Assembly: GCA_046116545.1 (NCBI GenBank)
Contig: CP175956.1
Coordinates: forward strand, 577,734 to 641,733
DNA length: 64,000 nt
Source of the DNA: Candidatus Moraniibacteriota bacterium
GTDB lineage: Bacteria > Patescibacteriota > Minisyncoccia > Moranbacterales > GCA-2747515
Direction of reading: 5' to 3'
The translations under genes and the position numbers were made by a program. The notes beneath the pieces are model-generated. The model saw only the letters and a program-made list of their open reading frames with translations. It had not been told where the DNA came from and searched no databases. Shown here in pieces: positions 34,985 through 45,844 of the stretch. The first letter of the stretch is position 1, and each line of letters starts with the position of its first letter.

Positions 34985-36172
34985 ATGAAAAAAGCAAAAG
35001 TGATAAAAATTGTAGGAATAATCGTAACGATTAGTTTGATAGCTTACGGTATAATTTATTTTGGATTTTTGAAAAAGGATGTCCCAGAGTTGGAATATAC
35101 TACAGAAAAAGTCATAAAGGGTAATATTCAATCATCAATTTCAGTTGATGGAACTATTGTTTTTGATACGTGGAATTTAGAGTTTTTGAATTCTGGTATT
35201 GTACAGACAATTGATGTTGAATTAGGTGATGAAGTTAAAAAAGATCAAGTCATTGCGGTTTTAGATGCAAGTGCAGAAAGTAATCGTATAGCTCAGTCGA
35301 CAGCAGATTTAAATGCAAGTGTTGCAAATAGAGATCGTATGAGTGAGGATGGTGTTGATTATGAACTTCAAAAAAAGAAGTATAGTGCATCTAAAGATAA
35401 GGCAGACACAGAAGATGATTTATATGATGAATATGTAGATCAATATGGCAAGGAATCAACACAAGCTTTGTCTCAAAAAATCAAAAAAGAATCAGCAGAA
35501 GATGATGTGAAAATAACTAAAAAACAATTAGAACAAGTGGAGGTTAGTTACGATAATGCACAATATCAAGTTGATAAAAGTAGCTCCGCATACCAACAGT
35601 CGTTGCAGGCATATGATGATTATGAAATCACAGCTCCTGTAAGTGGTGCAATAATTGCACAGATAAATGGTACTGAGGGTAGTGTTATTTTAAATAATAA
35701 CAACAGTACAACAGAGCCATTTATTGTTATGGTTGATCCAGATAGCTTTTGGTTTGAAACTTATGTGGAAGATGTGGAAGCACTAAAAATTACGCCAGAT
35801 ATGAAAGCATATATAACTCTGGATGCATATCCAAATGAAGAGTTTGAAGGCCGTGCAATTTTTGTATCACCTGTAGCTGAGCTTGATTCAAATGATTTAG
35901 CAACATACAAAGTAATTATTGCCGTTGATGATATTGAAGAGCAATTATTGAGTGATATGTTTGGTTCTGCTGAATTAGTGTCAGAAGAGGTGCGGGATGT
36001 ACTTATGATTTCAAGTGCAGCTGTTACAAATAAAAATGGTAAAAAAATTGTTATTATCAAAACTTCAAATGGATTTGAGGAGAAAGAAGTAAATACTGGA
36101 TTTACAAATGGTAAAAAAGTTGAAATTACATCAGGACTAAAGTTGGGAGAAGAAATTGTAATTATAAAATAA
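34985..36172 (+). CDS. HlyD/membrane-fusion-protein family periplasmic adaptor
   Basis: N-terminal TM, coiled coil, ITAPVSGAII beta-barrel motif. Confidence 0.7.
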   Translation: MKKAKVIKIVGIIVTISLIAYGIIYFGFLKKDVPELEYTTEKVIKGNIQSSISVDGTIVFDTWNLEFLNSGIVQTIDVELGDEVKKDQVIAVLDASAESNRIAQSTADLNASVANRDRMSEDGVDYELQKKKYSASKDKADTEDDLYDEYVDQYGKESTQALSQKIKKESAEDDVKITKKQLEQVEVSYDNAQYQVDKSSSAYQQSLQAYDDYEITAPVSGAIIAQINGTEGSVILNNNNSTTEPFIVMVDPDSFWFETYVEDVEALKITPDMKAYITLDAYPNEEFEGRAIFVSPVAELDSNDLATYKVIIAVDDIEEQLLSDMFGSAELVSEEVRDVLMISSAAVTNKNGKKIVIIKTSNGFEEKEVNTGFTNGKKVEITSGLKLGEEIVIIK

Positions 36173-36175
36173 GAC

Positions 36176-36835
36176 ATGGAAAAATTAATTTCATTGCAAA
36201 AAATTCATAAAGGATATCAATTGGGCAAAAACTTTGTTCCAATTATTAAAGGTGTTGATATTGAAATTGTAAAGGGAGAATTCATTGTACTCATGGGTCC
36301 ATCTGGATCAGGGAAGACAACACTTATGAATGTTTTGGGTTGTTTGGATGTGCCAGAAAAAGGAAAGTATTTTTTGGATGGGCAAGATGTGTCGCATATG
36401 AGTGAAGATGAATTATCAGAAATACGTAATAAACATATAGGATTTGTGTTTCAAAGTTTTAATCTAATACCAGATTTAACTGTGTTGGAAAATGTTTCAT
36501 TGCCAAGCCTGTATGCTGGAAATGAAGATATTGATAAAGCAAAAAAGATTTTAGAGGAAATTGGACTTGGTGAAAGATTAGAACATCAACCAAATGAATT
36601 GTCTGGTGGGCAAAAACAACGTGTGGCAATTGCAAGAGCACTTATTAATAGTCCAGATATAATTTTTGCAGATGAACCAACGGGAAATCTTGATTCAAAA
36701 TCGGGTAAGGAAGTGATGGAAATCTTTCGTAAATTAAATGAAGGTGGTACAACAATTATTTTGGTAACACACGATGCATTTACAGCAAGTTTTGCATCAC
36801 GTACAATTGATTTAAAGGATGGTCTTATTATTTAG
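36176..36835 (+). CDS. ABC transporter ATP-binding protein (MacB/LolD-type)
   Basis: Walker A GPSGSGKTT, signature LSGGQKQRVAIARAL and Walker B IIFADEPTGNLD. Confidence 0.9.
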   Translation: MEKLISLQKIHKGYQLGKNFVPIIKGVDIEIVKGEFIVLMGPSGSGKTTLMNVLGCLDVPEKGKYFLDGQDVSHMSEDELSEIRNKHIGFVFQSFNLIPDLTVLENVSLPSLYAGNEDIDKAKKILEEIGLGERLEHQPNELSGGQKQRVAIARALINSPDIIFADEPTGNLDSKSGKEVMEIFRKLNEGGTTIILVTHDAFTASFASRTIDLKDGLII

Positions 36836-36905
36836 TTTGAAATAATTACGCATAATATGCGTATTAATTAACTGAAGGCAATAATTAAGTTAATTTTAAA
36901 TAATT

Positions 36906-37718
36906 ATGAAGAAGAAAAAAATTATAGTCGCAACAATGACAATGATGATGGTAGTTATTTTTGCAGGTTGTGAACAAATTCAAAAAGAAAGTGCGGTAGA
37001 ACAAGTGAAGGATTTAGCAAGTGATATGGCAGCAGTTGATGAATATGTTGTAGATCCAAGTGATAATATACAACCGCATACTCTAATTAGTGACATTGCA
37101 GCTGGAGACTTGAGTGAGGCTGAGGAAGCTGGATTAATTTTGATGCGGGAAGAAGAAAAATTAGCACATGATGTATACATGACATTGTATGAAAAATGGG
37201 GTCAAAATACATTTCAAAATATTGCAAAAAGTGAGCAAACACATACAGACACTGTAAAAGTATTACTTGATAAGTATGGCATTACAGATCCTGTGGTGAG
37301 TAGTGAAGTTGGTGTGTTTACGGCACCAGAGATGCAAAAGTTGTATGATGATTTGGTTGCAAAGGGTAATGTAAGTCTTGTAGAAGCCTTAACTGTAGGG
37401 ACAATTGTTGAGGATTTAGATATTAGTGATTTAAATAAACTTTTGGCAGAAACTGATAATGAGGATATTCAAATTGCATACCAAAATCTTAATAAGGGTT
37501 CACGTAATCATTTGAGAGCTTATGTACGACAGTTGGAGCGCAATGGTGGAGAATATACACCACAATATATTAGTCAGGCAGAATATGATGAAATTATTGC
37601 AGGAGAACAAGAGCGTGGAAGTGTGGATGCAAAAGGTCAAGGGCAAAATACAGGAAGTCGTCAAGGCGGGGGTAGAGGTAATGGTGGCGGTGGGCAGGGT
37701 ATGAATCGTGTACAATAA
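36906..37718 (+). CDS. Lipoprotein with ferritin-like (DUF2202-type?) domain and Gly-rich C-terminus
   Basis: Lipobox FAGC, then EEKLAHDVY...SEQTHTDTV di-iron-like motifs. Assignment is tentative. Confidence 0.45.
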   Translation: MKKKKIIVATMTMMMVVIFAGCEQIQKESAVEQVKDLASDMAAVDEYVVDPSDNIQPHTLISDIAAGDLSEAEEAGLILMREEEKLAHDVYMTLYEKWGQNTFQNIAKSEQTHTDTVKVLLDKYGITDPVVSSEVGVFTAPEMQKLYDDLVAKGNVSLVEALTVGTIVEDLDISDLNKLLAETDNEDIQIAYQNLNKGSRNHLRAYVRQLERNGGEYTPQYISQAEYDEIIAGEQERGSVDAKGQGQNTGSRQGGGRGNGGGGQGMNRVQ

Positions 37719-37748
37719 GTATGTAAAAAATTCTCACTAATATTTTTA

Positions 37749-38360
37749 GTGAGAATTTTGTTTTTGTATAATAATAAAATTATGAAAAAAATAATTATAA
37801 TAAGTGTATTTTTATTAATGCCGTTATTTACGTTTGCACAGTGGGATGATTGTCCCTTTGGCGAAACAGATGATAGCTGTTCAGCACCTGGTAAATGTGG
37901 TAGATATACAGATTCGAATAGTGATCAGATTTGTGATCATTCGCAAGATGCTCCGATTCAAGAAATTAAGATAACAAAAGATACTGTTATATCAAGTGTG
38001 CAAGATGTGACTAAAAATAATGAATCTCAAATAGAAACACAAACAAGAAATCAGTATCCATTGTTTATGATTGTTATAGTAACTAGTTTATTGTATAGCA
38101 TGACATATATCCTTGCACAAAATAAGACAATAACGGTAGTTATGCATAAAAAGATTTGGAATAGCGTGCTTACAGTAGCATTTTTGGCAACATCTATTTT
38201 GGGCATAATGTTGATTATGCGTATTAATTCTGGTAATACATCTACACCTCCATTTAATATAATGTATTGGCATGTAGTAACAGGAATTGTAATGATGACA
38301 GTCACAGCATTTCATATAGGATGGCATTGGAGATATTATAAAAATCTTTTTAAAAAATAA
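37749..38360 (+). CDS. Membrane protein with N-terminal Cys-rich extracytoplasmic segment
   Basis: DCPFGETDDSCSAPGKCGRYTDSNSDQICDHS followed by 3-4 TM helices. Confidence 0.45.
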   Translation: MRILFLYNNKIMKKIIIISVFLLMPLFTFAQWDDCPFGETDDSCSAPGKCGRYTDSNSDQICDHSQDAPIQEIKITKDTVISSVQDVTKNNESQIETQTRNQYPLFMIVIVTSLLYSMTYILAQNKTITVVMHKKIWNSVLTVAFLATSILGIMLIMRINSGNTSTPPFNIMYWHVVTGIVMMTVTAFHIGWHWRYYKNLFKK

Positions 38361-38494
38361 ATTTGAGATGTAATAAAAATTAAAAAAACGCTGAAATAAG
38401 GCGTTTTTTTAAATTATCTAAGGTGTAATTTTGGTTAGTACTTAGTACATGGTATAATGTGAAGAACTTTTATTAGAAAAACACACATAAAAAT

Positions 38495-41400
38495 ATGAAA
38501 AAAAATATTGTCAAGCTTTTGGGTGTATTTGTTTTTTTTGCGTACCTTGTATCAATGTCCACTACTACAACTTTTGCAGTAGATGAAACAACTATTGAAG
38601 AAATTATTCCAAATGAATTTCAAGGAGGTGGAATAGCGCAAGGATGGCAAGGGGATGATGATAATTGGGATTATGCACTTCCATTCACATTCAATTTTTA
38701 TGGAGTAGATTATACTAATATAAAAATAGGTTCAAATGGAGCTATTTGTCTGGATAATGCACAAAACTGTACATGGTATGCAGAAATAAATAGTAGTTGG
38801 ATGGGGCCAGTTATAACAGCTCTAGGTAAAGACCTTATAACGAATGATATATTTATAACAGAAAGTTCGGATAATGTTGTTATACGGTGGGCTGTAACAG
38901 AATATGGTACATCAAATCAAATAAACTTTGAAGTAGTATTGTATAGTGATGGAAATATAAAGTTTAATTATGGAAATTCTGATATAGCACTTTCAGGTGG
39001 CGCAGTAGTTGGAATTCTTAAAGGTGATGGCATAATATATACAGAATCAGTCTATCATCAAAATACAGAGTTTGATCAAGTGGATACATCAGCATGGGGT
39101 GAGTTTGGAATAGGTGTTGAGAGTTTTTTTCCAGCAGATAATGAAGCTGGTGTGTTTTTGGATACAGACTTAAAAATAACTTTTGATACTGAAATATATC
39201 AAGGAATAGGCAATATTGAAATAAAGAAAAAATCAGATAATTCTATTGTAGAAATGATAGATGTTACAGCAGGTCAAGTAACGGGCTTTGGAACAGTAGA
39301 TATTACAATTTCAACAAATATTGAATTACAAACATATACGCAATATTATGTAACAGTAGATGAAAATACATTTAAAGATATAGATGATGAAGCATATTTA
39401 GAAATAAGTGATAATACAACATGGAACTTTTCAACAGGGGACGGTTATATTATAAAAACAATTTCAGAGGGACGATGTTATGAAATTGGCTCTGCTGAAA
39501 CACAAAAGCCAACAAATACAGAATTATCATACTCAAATGATAATCAAGTGACTTGGACTTATGTGCCTGAAGATCAGGGTACTGGAGGGGACTGTAATAT
39601 TACGGATGTACGACTTAATGTTTTTGCAGATACACAAACAATTGGTGAAAACTTAGAAACCGAGTTTGTGGGAACACTTATAGATACACAAGTTACTAAT
39701 AATGATGATGGAGAAGTTGGTTTAGTATATAATAATGTGGGAACATATGTGTTTGGTAGCACAAACAGAGATGATGGGCAGAGTATTGTAGTAGATACAC
39801 AAAATAATGTATATATTGCAGGAGCCTTTAGTGACACGGTAGACTTCAATCAATCGGGTATCGGGTTACCAGACAACCATACTAGCACTGGTTATCAAGA
39901 TATTTTCATTACAAAATATAATGCAGATAGTTCATATGGTTATACTTATGCAATGGGTGGAACAAATAATGACGTTGGATATGACATCGCAACAGATTCT
40001 CAAGATAATGTTTATATAATTGGAAGCTTTCATTTGACAGTTGATTTTAATCAAACGGGTAGTGGATTGCCAGATATACACACAAGTAATAGTAGACGTG
40101 ATATTTTTATCACAAAAATAAATGCAGATGGTAGCTATGGCTACACGTATACATTTGGAGGACTTCCAGATACTTTTGGAAATAATAATTATGGGTATGC
40201 AATTGCAATAGATTCTCAGGACAATGTTTACGGTATGGGAAATTTTTCTAGAACAATAGACTTCAATCAAACAGGTAGTGGTTCAGTAGATAATCATGTT
40301 AGCAATGGTTATTATGACATATTTATCACAAAAATAAATACAGATGGATCTTATGGTCATACGTATACAATGGGAGGAGTAGGTTATGATTATGGACATG
40401 AGATTACGACGGATACACAAAATAATGTATATATTACAGGTGCTTTTAGTGGCACGGTAGATTTTAATCAAACTGGCAGTGGCTCACCAGATAGTCATAC
40501 GAGCAATGGTAGTAGAGACATATTTATAACAAAATATAACGCAGATGGCTCATATGGCTATACTTATACAATGGGGGATGTAACCTATAATGCTGGACGA
40601 GGTCTTGTGGTGGATACACAAAATAATGTATATATTACAGGAGAGTTTAGTGGCACAGTGGACTTTAATCAAACAGGTAGTGGGTTACCAGATAGTCATA
40701 CTAGTAATGGTATTTTAGACATATTTATTACAAAATATAACCCCGATGGCTCATATGGTTACACTTATACAATGGGTGGATTGGGTTATGATTATGGAAA
40801 TGGAGTTACTCTGGATATGCAGGACAACGTATATATTACAGGATCCTTTAATAACACAGTAGATTTTAATCAAACGAACGGTGGTAGTTCAGATGTGTAT
40901 GTGAGCAATGGCGCTTATGATATTTTTATTACAAAGATAAATGTAGATGGTTCTTATGGTTGGACTAATACATTTGGTGGAACAGATTCAGATTTTGGCC
41001 TTGGTGTGGCACTGGATGATTCCAATGATGTTCTTGTGACAGGGATTTTTAAAGGCACTGTAGAGTTTAATCAAACAGGTGCAGGATTGGCAGAATCATA
41101 TGTAAGTAAGGGTGATTATGATATTTTTATTACAAAATATAACGCAGATGGTTCATATGGAACATTTTTTTCAGATAGTTACAAGACAGTAGGAGATTAT
41201 CAAGTACAGATAGCACATAATGATTCTATGGCGTGGCAACAGTTAGAGATAATGAGCAATGATCCAATAGACACAAACTTGGAATATACAATATTAGATA
41301 ATACTTGTGCAAACACGCTCGTAGGGCCAATATCTGATACTATGATAGATTTATCGTCAATTGGAAATAGTGATGCGGGGTTATGTTTTCAGACAAATTT

Positions 41401-44400
41401 TACAACAATAGATACACAAGTAACTCCGCAAATAAATTCATGGACGGCAACATATGCAATAGAGAGAAATATTACAGACTTTAATTTTAATACAATTTCA
41501 CAAAGTACAATACAAAATTGTGATTGTTATGTGATAGGGTCAGCCGAAGCTGAACAGCCAGAAAATTCAATATTATATTTTTCAAAAGATGATGGATTTT
41601 CATGGGATTATATACCAGTAGACAACGGAGGAGGAATGGATTGTAATGTCACAAATGTAAAAGTGAAATACAATGATGATACTCGTGAAGTAGGCGAAGA
41701 CTTGGAAGGTGAGTTTACTGGAGTAATTACAGACACAGAAATCGTCAATGTTGATGGTGGAGAGATTGAAATAAAAAAAGGTGGAATGGGAACTTATTCT
41801 GTTGGTACTGGTGGTGAAGTGGGTTATGGTGTTGTAGTAGATGGTAACAATAATATTTATGTTACAGGAGAATTTGGAGATACTACGGATTTTAATCAAA
41901 CGGGGGTAGGTGAGTCAGATATACATACTAATAATGGAGCTTATGATATTTTCATTACAAAATATAATGCAGATGGTTCATATGACTATACATATACAAT
42001 AGGTAGTACTGGCGATGATACTGGATTAGATATTATTACAGATGATCAAAATAATGTATATATTACAGGACGGTTTGAGAATACTGTTGATTTCAATCAA
42101 ACGGGTTCTGGTAGTTCAGATGAACATACAGCCATTGGTAGCCTAGAAAATATTTTCATAACAAAATACAATGCCGATGGTTCATATGCATACACATACA
42201 CAATAGGTAGCACTGGATATGACTATGGAGAGGGTGTTGTAGTTGACAGTGTAGGTAATGTATATATGATAGGGTTTTTTGAAAATAGCGTTGAATTTAA
42301 TACAACTGGCTCAGGTGTATCAGATATACACACAAGTCATGGCTCTCGTGATATTTTCATAACAAAATACAATGCAGATGGTTCATATGACTATACTTAC
42401 ACAATGGGTGGTTCAAGTTATGATTATGGGTATGGCATAGCAGTGGATAGTTCGGATAATATATATATGACAGGCTCATTTAGTGGTACTGTTGACTTCA
42501 ACCAAACTGGTTCAGGTGCATCAGATACACATACCAATAATGGCTCTCGTGATATTTTCATAACAAAATACAATGCAGATGGTTCATATGACTATACTTA
42601 CACAATGGGTGGTTCAAGTTATGATGATGGTAAAGATATTATCATAGATAATTTTGGGAATGCATATATTACAGGATATTTTCGAAGTTCAACAGCAGAA
42701 TTTAATCAAACTGGTTCAGGTGCATCAGATATGCATACAACCAATGGATCGTATGATATTTTTATCACAAAAATAAATGCAGATAATGGCTATGGTTACA
42801 CATATACAATGGGGAGTTCTCAATCTGAACATGGGGAAGGTGTCACGGTAGATAATTTAGGTAATGTATATGTTACAGGATATTTTGGGGGAGATATGGA
42901 TTTCAATCAAACTGGATCAGGTGATCCAGATGTTCATGCAATTAGTGGAGGAGGTTATGATGTTTTTATAACAAAATACAATGCAGATGGTTCATATGGC
43001 TACACGCACACAATAGGTGATAACCAAACTGTTTTTGGATTTAGCATTACAACAGACAATTTAAATAACCTTTATACAACTGGATTATTTAATGCCACTC
43101 TTGATTTCAATCAAACTGGAACAGGTGAATCAGATATTCACACAGGCTATATGAATGCGACTATGTTTCTTACAAAAATTAATGCAGATGGAACCTACGG
43201 AACGTTGTATGAATATTACAAATCACCAGGAATCTACCAAACCAAAATCCCCTCAACAAACATAAAAGAATGGAAAGAATTAACAATAGATCAAAATACC
43301 CCAGATGACACAACAATCAAATACGAAATATTAGATCAATTATGTACAAATACGTTGATAAATGAAACAGAGAATACAACAATAGACCTATCAAGTATAA
43401 ATACAATCAATATAGAACTTTGTCTCGAAATAACCTTTGAAACAACAGATGTACAAGAAACTCCAATCTTAAACAGTTGGCAAGCAACCTACACAACAGA
43501 TCCAGAAACAGATGAAGAAGAAATAGATTTTCAGACAATGAGAAATCCAGAATGTGATTTAGTAATATTGCCTATTAATCCAGTAGATCCAATAATTCCA
43601 CCAGAAGAACCAGAAGAAGAAAAAGAATGCAAAACCGACAATATAAAAGAAATAACAAAAGATTCAGTAACTCTAAGAGTAGAAGTAGATGAAGAATACG
43701 CAGATGAGAAAATAAAATTCAAAGTAGAAGTAGAGAATCTATATACAAATGAAAAAGAAACAATAAAACTAACGGATAAACCATCTGATAGTGGAAGAGT
43801 AACTCTAGAGATAGATAACCTAGAAGAAGATACCCAATATAGGTTCAAAGTATCATATCAAGAAGATGATAGCTACGAATACTGTCCACATTCTAAAACA
43901 GCAACAACAGAAAAAACAACTCTAGGACCTACAAAAGAAATAGTAAATCCAGAATGTGGAGAATCAAGTAAAACATATACAGAAGATGAATCAGAATTCA
44001 CAGGAGACTTCTGTCAAACAGGAGAAGTATTAAATATACCAGAATTTCCAAATCAAGGAGAATCATCTTCATGGACATGTACAAATGATGATGAAGAAAT
44101 AACATGTAGCGCTAGTAGAGAAGAAAAAGAAATAGTAACTCCTCCAGTAGTACAAGGAGGAAGTGATCCTGAACCACCAGCACAAGAAGTAACAGATCCT
44201 CCTGTACAAGAACCAACAAAGGAACAACAAAAAGAAAAACAATATCAAGCAGCTGCAGTAGTAGGATTAACAACAGGAACACTAATAGCTCTAGCTTCAA
44301 CAACAATCCCTCTATTCACAACAATCCCAATGGCAGCAACAGATATATTCATAATGCCTTTCTTAGGAATATTAGCTAGAAGAAAAAATGAACAAAACTG

Positions 44401-45142
44401 GGGAACAGTGTTTGAACAAACAACAAAACAACCATTGCCTGGAGTAAAACTAGTTCTAACTGATATAGAGGGCTTTGAAATAGAAACAACATACTCAGAT
44501 CAACATGGAAGATTTGGATTCTTAACAACAAATGGAACATATCTGATACATCCAGAAAAACCAAAATATGAAGAAGACCTAACTCATAACCATGATTCAC
44601 TATACGGAGATGTATATACAGGAGAAGCATTAACAATAGAAGAAAACAAAGTTCTAGCAACAAATATTGCAATGAATGCCCTGAATATAAACTGGAATGA
44701 ATATGCAGATAAAAAAGTAAAAAGCTATACAGGAACTTTCTCAGCAATAAAGAAATGGAGCTTCATAATTCTTTTTTACGTAGGATTTATAGCTACAGCA
44801 GCAATAACTTACCTGTACCCATCAACTCTAAATTACATATTCCTATCTCTATATATGGCACTGTTCATTTATGATAACTTCATAAAACAAAAGAAATATG
44901 GAACAGTAACAAAACATGATAAAAACCCAGTACCTTTTGCAGTAGTATCACTCCATAACAAAGAAACAAATCAAAAAACAGGATTCGCTGTAACAGATGC
45001 AATAGGAAGATATTATCTTCTAGCAGAAAATGGAGATTACAATATGAAAGTAAAAGGACAACCAATATCAGGACAACCTTTTGAAAAACAAGGTAATATC
45101 AATGTTAGGAAAGGTCTTGTTAGGGAGGATATTAAAGTTTAA
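38495..45142 (+). CDS. Giant (2215 aa) cell-surface protein: two blocks of ~10 SBBP beta-propeller repeats inside a duplicated super-module, FN3-like domain, Pro/Glu-rich linker, 3 TM helices and 2 CarboxypepD_reg-like domains
   Basis: Signal peptide, then the repeat unit VDTQNNVYITG.FSGTVDFNQTGSG..D.HTSNG..DIFITKYNADGSYGYTYTMGG. C-terminal modules VKLVLTDIEGFEIETTYSDQHGRFGF and FAVVSLHNKETNQKTGFAVTDAIGRYY. Confidence 0.8.
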   Translation: MKKNIVKLLGVFVFFAYLVSMSTTTTFAVDETTIEEIIPNEFQGGGIAQGWQGDDDNWDYALPFTFNFYGVDYTNIKIGSNGAICLDNAQNCTWYAEINSSWMGPVITALGKDLITNDIFITESSDNVVIRWAVTEYGTSNQINFEVVLYSDGNIKFNYGNSDIALSGGAVVGILKGDGIIYTESVYHQNTEFDQVDTSAWGEFGIGVESFFPADNEAGVFLDTDLKITFDTEIYQGIGNIEIKKKSDNSIVEMIDVTAGQVTGFGTVDITISTNIELQTYTQYYVTVDENTFKDIDDEAYLEISDNTTWNFSTGDGYIIKTISEGRCYEIGSAETQKPTNTELSYSNDNQVTWTYVPEDQGTGGDCNITDVRLNVFADTQTIGENLETEFVGTLIDTQVTNNDDGEVGLVYNNVGTYVFGSTNRDDGQSIVVDTQNNVYIAGAFSDTVDFNQSGIGLPDNHTSTGYQDIFITKYNADSSYGYTYAMGGTNNDVGYDIATDSQDNVYIIGSFHLTVDFNQTGSGLPDIHTSNSRRDIFITKINADGSYGYTYTFGGLPDTFGNNNYGYAIAIDSQDNVYGMGNFSRTIDFNQTGSGSVDNHVSNGYYDIFITKINTDGSYGHTYTMGGVGYDYGHEITTDTQNNVYITGAFSGTVDFNQTGSGSPDSHTSNGSRDIFITKYNADGSYGYTYTMGDVTYNAGRGLVVDTQNNVYITGEFSGTVDFNQTGSGLPDSHTSNGILDIFITKYNPDGSYGYTYTMGGLGYDYGNGVTLDMQDNVYITGSFNNTVDFNQTNGGSSDVYVSNGAYDIFITKINVDGSYGWTNTFGGTDSDFGLGVALDDSNDVLVTGIFKGTVEFNQTGAGLAESYVSKGDYDIFITKYNADGSYGTFFSDSYKTVGDYQVQIAHNDSMAWQQLEIMSNDPIDTNLEYTILDNTCANTLVGPISDTMIDLSSIGNSDAGLCFQTNFTTIDTQVTPQINSWTATYAIERNITDFNFNTISQSTIQNCDCYVIGSAEAEQPENSILYFSKDDGFSWDYIPVDNGGGMDCNVTNVKVKYNDDTREVGEDLEGEFTGVITDTEIVNVDGGEIEIKKGGMGTYSVGTGGEVGYGVVVDGNNNIYVTGEFGDTTDFNQTGVGESDIHTNNGAYDIFITKYNADGSYDYTYTIGSTGDDTGLDIITDDQNNVYITGRFENTVDFNQTGSGSSDEHTAIGSLENIFITKYNADGSYAYTYTIGSTGYDYGEGVVVDSVGNVYMIGFFENSVEFNTTGSGVSDIHTSHGSRDIFITKYNADGSYDYTYTMGGSSYDYGYGIAVDSSDNIYMTGSFSGTVDFNQTGSGASDTHTNNGSRDIFITKYNADGSYDYTYTMGGSSYDDGKDIIIDNFGNAYITGYFRSSTAEFNQTGSGASDMHTTNGSYDIFITKINADNGYGYTYTMGSSQSEHGEGVTVDNLGNVYVTGYFGGDMDFNQTGSGDPDVHAISGGGYDVFITKYNADGSYGYTHTIGDNQTVFGFSITTDNLNNLYTTGLFNATLDFNQTGTGESDIHTGYMNATMFLTKINADGTYGTLYEYYKSPGIYQTKIPSTNIKEWKELTIDQNTPDDTTIKYEILDQLCTNTLINETENTTIDLSSINTINIELCLEITFETTDVQETPILNSWQATYTTDPETDEEEIDFQTMRNPECDLVILPINPVDPIIPPEEPEEEKECKTDNIKEITKDSVTLRVEVDEEYADEKIKFKVEVENLYTNEKETIKLTDKPSDSGRVTLEIDNLEEDTQYRFKVSYQEDDSYEYCPHSKTATTEKTTLGPTKEIVNPECGESSKTYTEDESEFTGDFCQTGEVLNIPEFPNQGESSSWTCTNDDEEITCSASREEKEIVTPPVVQGGSDPEPPAQEVTDPPVQEPTKEQQKEKQYQAAAVVGLTTGTLIALASTTIPLFTTIPMAATDIFIMPFLGILARRKNEQNWGTVFEQTTKQPLPGVKLVLTDIEGFEIETTYSDQHGRFGFLTTNGTYLIHPEKPKYEEDLTHNHDSLYGDVYTGEALTIEENKVLATNIAMNALNINWNEYADKKVKSYTGTFSAIKKWSFIILFYVGFIATAAITYLYPSTLNYIFLSLYMALFIYDNFIKQKKYGTVTKHDKNPVPFAVVSLHNKETNQKTGFAVTDAIGRYYLLAENGDYNMKVKGQPISGQPFEKQGNINVRKGLVREDIKV
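39470..43500 (+). repeat. Internal duplication of a ~2 kb super-module ([Cys module]-[~10 SBBP repeats of ~180 bp]-[~95-aa module]) within the giant surface-protein gene
   Basis: CYEIGSAETQKP.. / CYVIGSAEAEQP.. and YKTVGDYQVQI.. / YKSPGIYQTKI.. flank the two SBBP blocks (39780-41170 and 41810-43200). Confidence 0.8.
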
Positions 45143-45165
45143 AGTAAAACCAACCAAAAACACAA

Positions 45166-45200
45166 AAAAGAAATGGGATGATTTAATCTCATTTCTTTTT
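45166..45200 (+). terminator. Rho-independent terminator after the giant gene (agaaatggga ... tctcatttct + T6)
   Basis: Stem with one mismatch plus a T-run. Confidence 0.55.
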
Positions 45201-45336
45201 TAATTAGAATTATTTAAAAATAGGGCACTCTATTTTAAAAAGAGTATGTAATATGGAGTTGACTTTTTTGGTTATTATGCTATAATAGCAAGTTATCATT
45301 TTTGAGTGGTAATTGTAGTAATTAATAAGTATTTTT

Positions 45337-45756
45337 ATGAATAAGAATCAAATAATCGGCATAATAATCTTAGTAGCATTTATTTTTGTTGCTATATTTT
45401 TGTATGTTGTATTTCGTGCAAATAAACAAGAGGTTACAGAAGATATGCTAAATAATGAAGGAGAATATACGGTAGATATCAATAACGATGTTACTTTAGA
45501 TTCATTTTTGAATGAAGATTCAAAAAATAGTGGGGATATTGATATTATCTCAGAAATATCTGATGAAAATGCAGGTCAACAAGTTATAGTAGAAATAATT
45601 GAAGAAAAAGAAGATATGAAAAAACCAGCTGTTGTAGTTAATGAAGTGAAAACTTCTCCTCAAACAGGGCCTGGTGCAAATGCTGCTTCTGTAGCATTAT
45701 TAACATCAGTTATTATTTCTGCAGCTATATTTAAAACTCAAAAATCAAGTAAATAA
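45337..45756 (+). CDS. Small membrane-anchored acidic protein, hypothetical
   Basis: N-terminal TM and C-terminal hydrophobic segment. Confidence 0.4.
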   Translation: MNKNQIIGIIILVAFIFVAIFLYVVFRANKQEVTEDMLNNEGEYTVDINNDVTLDSFLNEDSKNSGDIDIISEISDENAGQQVIVEIIEEKEDMKKPAVVVNEVKTSPQTGPGANAASVALLTSVIISAAIFKTQKSSK

Positions 45757-45844
45757 TAGAGGTTATTATTACTTTTAAAAAAGCTCATAGCAATATGAGC
45801 TTTTTTGTTTGCTTAAAGTGATTTTTTCAGATATACTTACATTC

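Noticed and set aside
39780-43200. Highly periodic ~180-bp repeats (two blocks) suggestive of a repeat array or assembly artefact
   Set aside because: They translate into canonical SBBP beta-propeller repeats in a single open frame. Treated as protein repeats. Misassembly cannot be excluded without reads.
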